Assembly (NCBI GenBank): GCA_946965045.2
Contig: OX337234.1
Coordinates: 3,472,001-3,536,000 of the forward strand
Direction of reading: 5' to 3'
DNA from: Epithemia pelagica
Lineage: Eukaryota > Protista > Bacillariophyta
DNA: 64,000 nt
The notes under the pieces were generated by a model. It was not told where the DNA came from. It saw nothing but the letters and a program-made list of their open reading frames with translations, and ran no database searches. Shown here piece by piece: positions 11,901 through 21,624 of this stretch; the stretch's first letter is position 1; every line of letters begins with the position of its first letter. Both the position numbers and the translations under genes were made by a program.

Positions 11901-14900
11901 CCCGTCTGGCCCGAGATGAGTGTGCACTCAACTCCTCTTCCTTGCCTTCTTCGCTCTCGAATCATGGAGCACCGACCCATTGACCAGAAATATGATCAAT
12001 TTGTCTCGTTCTTGAATCAGAGTAACGCCACGCCTTCTCCCGTGAATATTTCCGATCCACCGCCCGTCGATCTACATTCAAGAAGCACAGCGTGTGAGAC
12101 CTTGGAGAACATGGCTGATGAATCTGTCTCATCCACCTCTTTCGTCGACAACAGTCAACTTGGTGCACTGTACGTACCAACAGATACCAGCGAAACCGAC
12201 GACGACTCTAGGACCAAAAAGCGCAGCGAAAATCCATTTGCAAAATACTATGCCTGTGCTGCCATGGTGGATCTCGACGACACCACAAACTTGCAAGGAG
12301 ACGATGCTGCAGAAAATGAAGCCGAACTGGCTCGCCATCCTGACACCATGGATGAACTGATCACAAGTGCGGCCGACCACTTATGGTTTTTGTATGCTGA
12401 GTATTCCCATGCAGCTGACCCGGGACTCAAAGATCTTTTGACTCTTCGGATTCAAAATACCCGTCGCATGATTCGCGACATGTGGTATTTTATTCTTGAG
12501 TGCGAACAAACACCAGGATCGCCCTACGAACATGCGGGATTGAGTCTCGTACATGATGTAGCCTATGAACTGACGAAATGTGGACCAATTTCACCACCGA
12601 GGTACAACTTGGATCGCCCCTGTCTTACGGTCACTCCCGATCGAGTCTCTTCTAATGACTCCATCTCTACTGTGACTGTTGACCAAGACAGGTCCTATCC
12701 TACAGATGACCACGCAAAGGTTTACATGGCTGCCTTTGACATGTCATACACCGAGTCAACCCGCCGTGATCGCCCTTACGTGACTCCGCCACGCGCTCCC
12801 GCGCCTGTCGACACTACTGTTGACTCAAGATCCCTGCGCCGTCACATGTTACGTGCTAGCTTCATCACGTTGGTTGTGGTGGTACCCAGTGTCCTCTATC
12901 TTCTGCCATCACCCCAACCCTCCACCTATGCAACTACAGTCTTCACAGACGGAATGGCCTCTCTCATGTCTAGCTTTGGCTACTACTGGATGGGAACCAA
13001 GACTTTATTTTATGGACTATGGGCTTTGCTCTGGAGCGTTTTGGCCCATCCATCATGCCAACCTGCCTTCCTTTCTTGGCTTTCCTGCTGGATTGTTGTT
13101 TTGATCTTGCTTCCCAAGACCATTTCACCCGTGACAGGCCATCCTTCTCCTTTGTTCAACTCCACATCGACACCTTCCATCCATCATTTCCGTGCCACTC
13201 TCCATCCGGTACCTCCGCCCTCTTCTACCTTATCATCTGGTGGATTGTGGAGTGTGGTGAGCAATGGACTGGCCTATGCAATGAGCCGCCGTTTCCCGCT
13301 CATTTACATCCGTTTGATTGTTGGGTCGTTTTGTAAGTTGTTGCATCTGGACTCTTTTGGGTCCACTCACGCTGCTCCTCCGTGTGCACCAGTCAGTACC
13401 CGTCCGAAAAGAGGGAAGAACACTGCATTCCCTTTGAATCACCCTCGTGTCAAGCGAAAGCCGTCGTTTCGATCCGTGACTTCTTCACCGGCACACAAAC
13501 GAGCACGTATGCGACAACGGATGCCGCGACCAATCCCTCTCCGTCGTCGCGCAACTCCGTACAACAACAACAACAACTCAGCACGTACCAGGTTTAATCC
13601 ACCCATGGGAACCCGCAGCTCTGTGATTCCCACGAATAGCTACCAACGCTTCCATTACAACAACCGAACCTCGTTCACGACGCCCAATCGTCGTAACAGA
13701 AACACCGATAACCACTCACCCACTCGAAGTGAAGCCTTGAGGAGCAACCGACAGTCATCAACCCCAAGACAAGTCTTTGGTTTGACTGCATACCTTGAGG
13801 AACTCCGCTCCCTCAACGCCTTTCAAGTCTTGGGGAACACACGCAACTACGACTCATGGAGGTACATCACTCCTGCTGGCTTGGAAGCGTGCCTTCAGGA
13901 TCCAATGGCCTTGAGGAGCGCAATGCCGAATGACGCGTCTTATCCCATCATCTGGGATAGTGGCGCCAGCATCTCCATCACCAACAACGAAAAAGACTTC
14001 GTGGGCAAGATCGAACCACTACCAAACTTCAAGGTGAAAGGCATCGCCAATCGCATGAAAGCGATTGGCCGCGGAGAGGTCTTGTGGAGCATCCTTGATT
14101 CTTCTGGAAACATCCGACAACTTCGAATTCCTGCTTTCCTGGTACCCAAGACAAGTGTCAGACTGTTATCGACACAGAGTTTGCTTCAGACGTATGACGG
14201 AGAAAAGATTGTGCAAGACGGTAAAACATTGGTACTCACCGGTTTACCTGAAGACACAACACGAACACAAGTCACTGTCGTTGTGAATCCGCAAAACAAT
14301 CTCCCAATGTCGTACGGTTACAACCATGAGGAAGTAACCAAGAGTTCGCATGCTCTCAACACAATCGTCAACGAAACATCAGAACAAAACAAGAATCTTA
14401 GTGAGACACAGAAGGAACTGGTACGTTGGCATCTTCGCCTTGGGCACCTATCGTTTCGTCGAATCCAGTTCATTATGAGAACTGGAATTCTCGCAAAAAC
14501 TGAGCAACAGCGTCGTTTGCACACAAAAGCAGCATCACTCACCGACTTACCTCTTTGTGCAGCGTGTCAATATGGAAAACAAAAGAGACGTCCATCACCT
14601 GGAACCTTGAGTTCCATTGTAAAAGACAGACGGGGAATAACAAAAGCCGGAAATCTTTACCCTGGTCAGTGTGTAAGCGTAGATCACTTTGTATGCTCCA
14701 CTAAAGGACGCTTATTTACATCCCGAGACAAGTCAAAATCTTCCGACCTGTACATGGGCGGCGCAATCTTTGTAGACCACGCTTCGGGGTACACCTGGAT
14801 TGGGTTCCAGAGTCATCTAAACACCCATGAGACCCTACGAGTAAAAGACTCATTCGAACTTTTCTGTAGAGATGTGGGAGTTGTGCCCCTACAGTACCTA

Positions 14901-17633
14901 ACTGACAATGGCTCTGCCTTTACATCGGCTAAATATACGGAGTCCCTACAAAATTTTGCACAAACTTATCGATTTGCGGGAGTTGGGGCACATCACCATG
15001 CCGGTATAGCCGAACGTGCAATACAAACCATTATGTCTATAGCAAGAACGATGATGCTACACGCGGCCATACAATGGCCCGAAATGGCTGATCCTTCTCT
15101 ATGGCCAATGGCAGTCGCACATGCAACTTTCTTAAGTAACCATGTCCCAAGCCTCGACACGGGCATAAGTCCCCATGACTTGTTTACACGAACAAGATGG
15201 GAGCAACGGAAATTCCATGACTTGCATGTGTGGGGTTGTCCCGTCTATGTATTGGACAAAGCCATGGCTGACGGTAAGAAGCTTCCACGATGGAAGCCCC
15301 GCTCCACGCGAGGAATTCTCATGGGCCTAAGTACCCGTCATGCTACAACTGTACCACTGGTACTCAACCCCAATACGGGATATATTACCCCTCAATTCCA
15401 CGTTGTCTTCGACGACTGGTTTAGTACAATTGCCACATCCGTTGAAGACCTTCCTGACCTTACCAGTCACGAATGGGACCGACTTTTTGGTGACTCACAC
15501 TACCAATACATTGAGGACGATGATGATCTAGACTATGAGTCTCCAGCTCCACATGATGTTCTACATCATTCCGACTTTGGCAACAAACAGACCACTGTAA
15601 CTCGATCTATTGAGACTCACGACCCCCCTTCCGTCCTCCCTAGTCATTCTAACTCTCCTGGTATCTACCCTCTTAATACTCCTGGCTCTGCTCCAGGCGA
15701 GAAACCGGTGCCGTTGTCAGAGGGAGTAACCCCTCTTTCTCCATCGACGCCCTTTTCTCAGAGGGAAACAGTCCGTACCACTCCTACCAAACTACCTACT
15801 ATCGCAGAGCAACCTTCTCCTATGACCCCTTCTTTGCCTGCACCCCCTTCTTTCGAGCCATCCACTCCTCAGAGGGAGCAACCACAATCGCCTCGCATCC
15901 CTACTCCAGCTCCCACACCTGGTCCAACTATGGTGTCTAGGCGTTCCGGACGAACTATTCGACCGCCCAAACGCTATGTACAAGACCTATGTAGTTTCCC
16001 AGCCTCTGTCCAGTCTAGTGACCTTCTCTCCATGATGAAAGCTTCCTTATCAGATCCTGACACCCTCAGTTATGATGAAGCTATGCGAGATAAGGATCTC
16101 ACCAAGTGGCAGGCTGCAGCTAGCAAAGAAATCCGAGAACTAGAAGAAAAAGGAACATGGGTAGAGGTGCAGCAGAGTGAAGCAACTACGAGAATTTTAC
16201 CCGGTACCTGGGTGTTTAAACGCAAAAGAACCCCTGACGGAGAAATTTCCAAGTTCAAAGCACGATATTGCGTTCGCGGTGACCTCCAGGAGTCAGAGCA
16301 AGAGAACTATTCCCCTGTAGTCAACTGGAGTACTATTCGCATTGTACTCACTCTCAGTCTGATTCTAGGATGGGAACTTGCATGCATTGACTTCAATAAT
16401 GCTTTCGTGCAAGCCACTTTGAATGAACCCGTATGGATCCATCTGCCTAGAGGATTTCGATCATCGTTAAAAGGAACTACATGCCTTAGGTTGGTCAAAA
16501 GCCTCTATGGATTGTCATCGGCACCTAGACTGTGGTATGACCACCTAATACAGGCCCTCAAGGAAGACGGATTCCAAATGAGTAAACACGACCAATGTTT
16601 ACTGTACAAGGAAAACATAATCATCTTTCTATGGGTAGACGACTGTGGAGTGTGCGCACCTACAATTACCTTAATTGACGAACTAGTTGAACGATTGAAG
16701 AAAAAGGGCTTATCACTGGAAAAAGAAGGAAATTTCACCAATTATTTGGGGATCAACTTTGTCCGAGATGAAAAGACCAATTCGATCACCATGACTCAAA
16801 AGGGACTTATCAACAAGGTAATTGACGCTACCAATATGCAGGACTGCAACCCGAATTGGACCCCTGCTACACAATTAGCATTGGGAAGCGATCCTGATGG
16901 GGAACCCATGAAAGAGAAATGGCAATACAGCTCTATCGTGGGAATGTTACTGTACCTTGCAACTAACACCCGACCAGATATAGCCTTCGCTGTGAGCCAA
17001 GTAGCACGATTCAACTCTAATCCGAAGAAATCACATGCGGCAGCAGTGAAAACTATAGTGCGCTATCTAGCACGCACCAAGGATAAAGGAACCATCTTTA
17101 CGCCAACTAACGATTTCAAGCTAGATTGCTATGTAGACGCCGATTTCGCAGGACTACATGGAAGGGAGCCTCAAGACAACCCAGTAAGTGCTAAGTCCAG
17201 GACTGGTTACATTCTTAGCTTTTGTGGGTGTCCTCTTATTTGGCGGTCGCAGCTACAATCATCAGTTGCACTAAGTACCCTCCAAGCCGAGTACCACGCT
17301 CTCTCCCAAGCCATGCGAAGTGTGATAGCTACAAGACGCGTGATAGAGGAACTTCTAGCAAACCTAGACCTGCCATTTGAGAAGCCGACCATCTTCTCTG
17401 AAGTATTTGAAGACAATACAGGTGCCTTCTATCTTGCAACTAAGCAAAGATTGACACCTAGGACAAAACACTTCAACACGTACTTACACTTCTTCTGGGA
17501 ACATGTAGGTGATCACCCAGGCGGAGTGAAGGTAAGCATGGTAGGAACCGAAGAACAAAGGGCAGATTATTTCACCAAGTGCCAAACTCGGGAACTCTTC
17601 GAAAAGTGCCGTAAGCTCAATCAAGGATGGTAA
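8988..17633 (+). CDS. gag-pol: Gag-Pol polyprotein of Copia element 1 (2881-aa ORF from GTG; first ATG 9207)
   Basis: Zinc-knuckle-like WFWCGVCTRWNTSHTTANH (~10491-10547). Protease IIWDSGAS (~13947). Integrase WHLRLGH/CAAC plus D(SVDH)-D(LTDNG)-E(IAER). RT WVFKRK, LYGL, WVDD. RNase H YVDADFAG...FEDN...QRADYFTK. No stops or frameshifts. Confidence 0.97.
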   Translation: MSIPGDEDTVSSTVDLPTPIANLTNEDALVDEQGQSIAASESQIVESPPGPSNNDTQHQGLIVASQRQRRKTTMSDETPTPPPGIDYRPDPPKIGGLVRSKKDEWVAWTGGKPTYKWDGLEVKATEPLRTMQIRTLTDKKYYDRISGPDEKYSKKTGDSSRLQDEIKQHLIKHGMDSIAYLPNPHDPKDMLFIVIEHPKYTMSKVKELMKTQIVSYDKYDRNNDVSAQDYLLDCLEKSFRHEVEDQSREVTCFPELFMVLVTIVTHDSPQHWEQVKHEMRALVPHKYPGHDIMALTKDFLEKARPLIAAGQYDHTLTGNLLANILKTEWPDTPKFDLLTLNKRVNDGIIHIRFLDRSIGDSHMKKERLLYTDVIEEANKKYLICVKEGEWSPKRSSPDSKSVPSSFTANKATVSKTKKKRHSIMTQASLNALIQTLRNPPGSNPTPSNGPNTQPGSNHRDRKGKPIHKRNNTRVDRSQAHPWKKIPPAPGAPEQQTIQGQRWFWCGVCTRWNTSHTTANHIVGYKKSPGDKDKAKPRNATHAKKLELEVSAWQTEFDLDQLDPPALPVAALPDCMSLASVDCCEALMNDDDDCCDSVDCCKDTVDHYVFFTIWDMSPSDDSSSMDCSSTNSGNDDDDTDRTPPIPFDELRRILSPNNNEPTATNHNDSDHKDDDNEPCTCNTETKEKKTSTNNETVSICRPHKDDDSSTESEDNEDEYADMPPLVAQKLTPVVANKDLPSSASNKEEEQEKKKGKLSGSHAKTLYFDRWDDIDMWYGSDHSPTDQRTFSSVEANAAVHDKSFDSTKIKQEDEQDSDENAGGLDTTMDTQEGSLISHDNSSDLTHLKNLQEGLLDDSKPPALRRPEISPVTNPTPLRHDQFPTPATEALEQWTRGFVPRPRPRDPRISIEQEANTAKRDGMRYERAQYTVYALRHQEPELTVAVAYQRVKDEEWFVGWFIDGTRIPNHPNPAPVWPEMSVHSTPLPCLLRSRIMEHRPIDQKYDQFVSFLNQSNATPSPVNISDPPPVDLHSRSTACETLENMADESVSSTSFVDNSQLGALYVPTDTSETDDDSRTKKRSENPFAKYYACAAMVDLDDTTNLQGDDAAENEAELARHPDTMDELITSAADHLWFLYAEYSHAADPGLKDLLTLRIQNTRRMIRDMWYFILECEQTPGSPYEHAGLSLVHDVAYELTKCGPISPPRYNLDRPCLTVTPDRVSSNDSISTVTVDQDRSYPTDDHAKVYMAAFDMSYTESTRRDRPYVTPPRAPAPVDTTVDSRSLRRHMLRASFITLVVVVPSVLYLLPSPQPSTYATTVFTDGMASLMSSFGYYWMGTKTLFYGLWALLWSVLAHPSCQPAFLSWLSCWIVVLILLPKTISPVTGHPSPLFNSTSTPSIHHFRATLHPVPPPSSTLSSGGLWSVVSNGLAYAMSRRFPLIYIRLIVGSFCKLLHLDSFGSTHAAPPCAPVSTRPKRGKNTAFPLNHPRVKRKPSFRSVTSSPAHKRARMRQRMPRPIPLRRRATPYNNNNNSARTRFNPPMGTRSSVIPTNSYQRFHYNNRTSFTTPNRRNRNTDNHSPTRSEALRSNRQSSTPRQVFGLTAYLEELRSLNAFQVLGNTRNYDSWRYITPAGLEACLQDPMALRSAMPNDASYPIIWDSGASISITNNEKDFVGKIEPLPNFKVKGIANRMKAIGRGEVLWSILDSSGNIRQLRIPAFLVPKTSVRLLSTQSLLQTYDGEKIVQDGKTLVLTGLPEDTTRTQVTVVVNPQNNLPMSYGYNHEEVTKSSHALNTIVNETSEQNKNLSETQKELVRWHLRLGHLSFRRIQFIMRTGILAKTEQQRRLHTKAASLTDLPLCAACQYGKQKRRPSPGTLSSIVKDRRGITKAGNLYPGQCVSVDHFVCSTKGRLFTSRDKSKSSDLYMGGAIFVDHASGYTWIGFQSHLNTHETLRVKDSFELFCRDVGVVPLQYLTDNGSAFTSAKYTESLQNFAQTYRFAGVGAHHHAGIAERAIQTIMSIARTMMLHAAIQWPEMADPSLWPMAVAHATFLSNHVPSLDTGISPHDLFTRTRWEQRKFHDLHVWGCPVYVLDKAMADGKKLPRWKPRSTRGILMGLSTRHATTVPLVLNPNTGYITPQFHVVFDDWFSTIATSVEDLPDLTSHEWDRLFGDSHYQYIEDDDDLDYESPAPHDVLHHSDFGNKQTTVTRSIETHDPPSVLPSHSNSPGIYPLNTPGSAPGEKPVPLSEGVTPLSPSTPFSQRETVRTTPTKLPTIAEQPSPMTPSLPAPPSFEPSTPQREQPQSPRIPTPAPTPGPTMVSRRSGRTIRPPKRYVQDLCSFPASVQSSDLLSMMKASLSDPDTLSYDEAMRDKDLTKWQAAASKEIRELEEKGTWVEVQQSEATTRILPGTWVFKRKRTPDGEISKFKARYCVRGDLQESEQENYSPVVNWSTIRIVLTLSLILGWELACIDFNNAFVQATLNEPVWIHLPRGFRSSLKGTTCLRLVKSLYGLSSAPRLWYDHLIQALKEDGFQMSKHDQCLLYKENIIIFLWVDDCGVCAPTITLIDELVERLKKKGLSLEKEGNFTNYLGINFVRDEKTNSITMTQKGLINKVIDATNMQDCNPNWTPATQLALGSDPDGEPMKEKWQYSSIVGMLLYLATNTRPDIAFAVSQVARFNSNPKKSHAAAVKTIVRYLARTKDKGTIFTPTNDFKLDCYVDADFAGLHGREPQDNPVSAKSRTGYILSFCGCPLIWRSQLQSSVALSTLQAEYHALSQAMRSVIATRRVIEELLANLDLPFEKPTIFSEVFEDNTGAFYLATKQRLTPRTKHFNTYLHFFWEHVGDHPGGVKVSMVGTEEQRADYFTKCQTRELFEKCRKLNQGW

Positions 17634-17673
17634 ACTGAGTCTACGGCATGTCGTAATTCCCCAATCACTCCAT

Positions 17674-17682
17674 GAGAGGGAG
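17674..17682 (+). promoter_or_regulatory. Polypurine tract GAGAGGGAG of Copia element 1
   Basis: Purine run immediately 5' of the 3' LTR. Confidence 0.85.
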
Positions 17683-18452
17683 AGTTAAAGTACGGCTAGC
17701 TATAGACCTAGAACTACCTTTCGAAGAACAACACCTAGACTCTATGAGAGTACACGTCTACCATGACATAGCTGTGCCATCTGTCCTGCAAGCTTTTGCG
17801 AACACGTGCGTGGACGGCTGACGAAGCTGTGCCCATGTATGTGACATGTCCGAGCCTGCGGCATAATGTTCCCTCTCTGAATAACCCTGGTGTTTTGTGA
17901 TACACATTTACATATGCCCACTACTATCTACGACAGGCAAAAGCCGGACGAGCTCCACTCGGAAGCAAAGTCCAGGCTATGTCTCACCTAAAACATACAC
18001 GTCTCCAACTTACAACAAGATTCACCAAAGGATCATGGATACTTGGTTCAAGCCAATAGTTCCGCCTCTATCCCTCACAGTTTGAGTATATGGAACAGGT
18101 TCTATGCACTAAGAGAACAGGTTCCATTAGTCCCTAAACGTAGAGCGTCTGTAGCGCCTTACCTAGAAGTCAAAGATGTTTCTTCACCGGGCCCAACGAT
18201 TCGGGAAAAGTAAACTCTTTATGACCGAAAGGAAGTAATGAAAGAGCAATCATGAGAAACAAACACTTTCGATAGAATAAAGCTCACTTCTTATAAAAAC
18301 CTGAAAGTTGTAAGCAACCTTTAGGAAGGAGTCAACCATACTAACCTAGTGCAAGGTGAGGGCCCCATCGTGTACCGAGTGAACTGGTTGACTACAGAAG
18401 TTCAGAGCACTAACCATCACGTCTTACGTTAGTTTTTCTACATACATCAAGT
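17683..18452 (+). repeat. 3' LTR of Copia element 1 (770 bp)
   Basis: Offset 9727 from the 5' LTR. The duplicated small ORFs 8170-8358 and 17897-18085 have identical translations. Confidence 0.95.
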
Positions 18453-18457
18453 CTGGT

Positions 18458-19001
18458 CACCAACATTGTTCGATTGTACGCCAAGCCTGACTATGCTGTT
18501 CAAGTTCATTCACATCGCGGAGATAATCATAGTATGGCACAAGAATTGATGGCGTTAGGTTTGTCCAAGAAACAGATACCCTTCGGCTATGGAGGAGAAT
18601 GGAAGTTTGATGACTTTGTCAAGTGGTGTCGACAACGCAAGTCCTGGGAGCAAACTATGTACAGGGATCAGCTCCTACTTCAGTTGAGGAGTCGACTTGT
18701 AACCCAAGAAACTGAGAATCTTTCCACCACGCAAAGCTTCGTCCATGGACACGACAGTGGAGAAGGAGAAGAAGAAAAAGTGAGGGAGGAGGAGCGAAAA
18801 AAGAATCGACGTCTGGCTGACATGGTTCACTCGCGACAGAAACGTGAACGCAAACAAAAAGAGTTTAAATGGCTTCAAGGGGAATCGCTGAAGTTACACG
18901 AGGAACACGATGCCTTGAACCGGGAACAAATGCGTTTGGAACAGTTGCTGAGGGAGGCCCAGGAAATCGAAGCATCCATGTCCCATCCTCGCCAGAAGTG
19001 A
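18458..19001 (+). pseudogene. Sec14-like + bZIP paralog 2, 3' part
   Basis: Removing the element plus one TSD gives the in-frame junction ...AVDLV-TNIVRLYAKPDY...IPFGYGGEWKF...RRLADMVHSRQKRERKQKEF, a 440-aa protein colinear with the paralogs. Confidence 0.9.
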
Positions 19002-19232
19002 AGGCCCGACAGCTGACTGAAGAGAACAGCTTCTTATTTTGGTTTGTATTTTGTGACATTCGATACTCATTTTCTGCCTAAAATTTGTCTATTAGTACTG
19101 CCCTATTTTTCGTCGCTTTTATTCGACTGGTCTCTGATCTTGCTATGATACCGTCTTCTCGGCAGCATCTTGTTGTATTTTGCTTCATCGTAAAACTAGC
19201 AAGTTCCATGTCCCAACTTGTTACATCATCAT

Positions 19233-19260
19233 GATGGATGATGGATGATGGATGATGGAT
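19233..19260 (+). repeat. (GATGGAT)4 microsatellite
   Basis: Seen directly. Confidence 0.8.
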
Positions 19261-19433
19261 AATTTGACATATGACGGATGATGGATGATGGCATCTACGT
19301 GCGAGGTGCGAGTACAGACAGCATGTACTCGTATCTCGTATGGGTGGTCGGTGGTCGACGTCGACGTGGTTGTGTTTGTATAAACGTCTCGCAGATAAAT
19401 GAGCATTGTGGATCATCGGAATCGGACCGGCAA

Positions 19434-20599
19434 CCCTCCGACTAGATGTCCGCTTCTTAGCTCGTCTGTTCGGGCAAGACAAACCCAATCTCACAGACAA
19501 AAAAATGAATGGAAATTTCACATCCATCGGTGGAAAGGCTGGCGTGATGTGACAGTTGGAAGATGGCAGGCGTTCTGCTCAACAAGACTCAAAATAGTGT
19601 TCTCAGTGGGTTCACGGGTCACAAAATCGATGCAGGCAACAAAACGAGGCAATGACCAAACCAACACCAAAAACGGCATGCTTCGTCCCTGGCCATCTCA
19701 TCTCATCTTTGTCACTGCACATCCATCATGGTAAGTTCTGGAATGGCTAATACTTGCATTGGAATGGACAATGTTTAGTTGTAGGCTCTCACTACGTTGC
19801 CAGTTGCCATAGTGTGTCATATGTTTGTGCCATGTAACATCCATTTTGGTCGATGCCATGTGGGGCTGCTGGCATCATTTGTAGGATCCTTATAGGACAA
19901 AATAGAGCTATAGACCTCAATTAGGAGTAGGTAGGATAAGTGGAGGAAGCCATCCATTTTTCCTCTGCTGTCGCTCAGTTTGGGTCTTTAGTGGATTGTG
20001 ATGTCGACCTGCTCCTGTTGTTCTTTTTTAGTTGCCATGAGCATGACTTGTCTTTCCCAGCAGTACAGGGGACTCTACACTCTATATGCTCCATAACGCA
20101 ACTAGGTAGAAAGAGACGTATTCTAAAATAGGACTGTATGTGGTTGCAAAGAGACAAGCCTACGGCAACGGCACGGTGTTGTGGAGGAGGGTCCACTTTT
20201 AAACGGACACAAACACTAGAAACAACCACACTTTTCCTAGAAAAAACAAAGAAAGGATGGGGTAGAGCAAAACACTGTCTATGGTCTATATGTCAAATGT
20301 CCATGGTGTGCAGATGATGGAGAATGCATTGTGATGGTGCATGTCCATTATCCATGTCAAAAGGTGCGTAGTGAAAATAATGTGGGTCGCAACTTGGGAC
20401 GACAATCAAGAATGGGGAAGACCAACGGTCAAAGTGCGCACGCCTGCTCACAAAATTTCAAAACGGTGATCCAGAAGGCCGGCGTGATCATGTTCATTTT
20501 GACCCGAAATTTTCTTCAAAAACGCAAAAAAACCAAAATTAAAATGGTTGGTCGCGGAGAGCGGCTGGGGGGCTAAGAAGCGGACACCTAGTCGGAGGG
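19434..20599. mobile_element. Non-autonomous TIR element, 1166 bp, superfamily unassigned
   Basis: 28-bp inverted repeats CCCTCCGACTAG(A/G)TGTCCGCTTCTTAGC (19434-19461 vs 20572-20599, 1 mismatch). No ORF. No clear TSD (flanks GCAA / ATTA). Confidence 0.65.
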
Positions 20600-21085
20600 A
20601 TTATTTTTATTTCTTATCTAATTTTACTTATGCGTCAAAGGCAGTTATATCAAATTATTTCTATTGCCCTTCTATTCCGGCAAGAGGCAAGAGGCAAGAG
20701 ACGACAGTCAGAAGGAGAAAGCGCTTTGGGACTAATGAAATCCTGTTCTCAGATTTTTATGTGTACAAGTAGAGAAAATCCTCTAGCTAGGAGTATCAAA
20801 CAATGCACCAAACGACAGTGCGATGGTTCCCTTACTCCTAGTTTATTCAATGAGCCCCGCCGAGGTAGGCTATGAGAGCTTGGCAAGAGCTACCAAAGAA
20901 TTGACGTCTCTAGGTACTCTCCACAAGAGAGGACAAGCAGCAAGTAGGTTACCAAGCTAGAGGGAGAAACGGCATATACTCAATACTACTAGAGGAGTAG
21001 CTAAGAGGCGTAGCTAGCACATTGTCCGGCAGATTCAGTCGCTCTTAGCTTCTTGGAACAACAATCTTCTGGAATCTGCCTACAA

Positions 21086-21166
21086 TGAACGAAATCTCCC
21101 CTACTTTAGTCTAAGTCTGGGGGTGACCCCTTATAATTTTATCTTTTATCGCTCTACTTTTGTTCA
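21086..21166 (+). repeat. 5' LTR of Copia element 2 (81 bp)
   Basis: TGAAC...GTTCA, identical to 27460-27540. Confidence 0.95.
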
Positions 21167-21624
21167 GTTTATCAGACCCACGTTTATAAGCACCATGGAA
21201 ATGGCAAGGCCTGGGAAGGCAGAGAATCTCCAGGTCGACCCTCATTTCATGACACATGAATCGACCTCCGTGCGGCTTGGGTTGGAAGAGGGGCCACGGA
21301 ATCGATGCACCATGGTCTTGTTTGCGGAAACAGACCGCTCATTCCGGGATGCGTTGTCTGATACTACAGAGCGTGTCACAGTCACGGGAACCACGGTTCA
21401 TGGACGCATGATCCTCTCTACTCCGCTAGGGAAAACAGATTGCAAACGGAACGCAAACGGCACCGCCAAAAGATACTACTCCCGAACGGACGAATTCCTC
21501 AATTATACACAAACCGCCATTGTCCATCCTAAAGAACCCGGTGCAGGTAATACGCGCAAAGATCATCTTCGCTCATAATTCTTACCTTGCGTTGCATTTC
21601 ATCCATTAAAGCGTTTCGTCGACA

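Larger units (their letters stand above)
7956..18452 (+). mobile_element. Full-length Ty1/Copia LTR retrotransposon (CoDi-like), 10,497 bp
   Basis: Two 770-bp LTRs, 5-bp TSD CTGGT (7951-7955 / 18453-18457), PBS, PPT, and one ORF in the order gag-PR-INT-RT-RH. Confidence 0.97.

Noticed and set aside
7959-18449. Alternative Copia boundaries ending in canonical CA (...CATCA) with an AGT duplication
   Set aside because: AGT is also present at the internal PPT and PBS junctions, and this parse frameshifts the host gene. The CTGGT TSD parse restores the frame exactly.
21167-21180. PBS of Copia element 2 (GTTTATCAGACCC)
   Set aside because: The position fits a PBS, but I could not match it confidently to a specific tRNA without the host tRNA set.
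21123-21578. 151-aa ORF in the leader of Copia element 2
   Set aside because: It starts inside the LTR at a non-ATG codon and has no recognisable motif.
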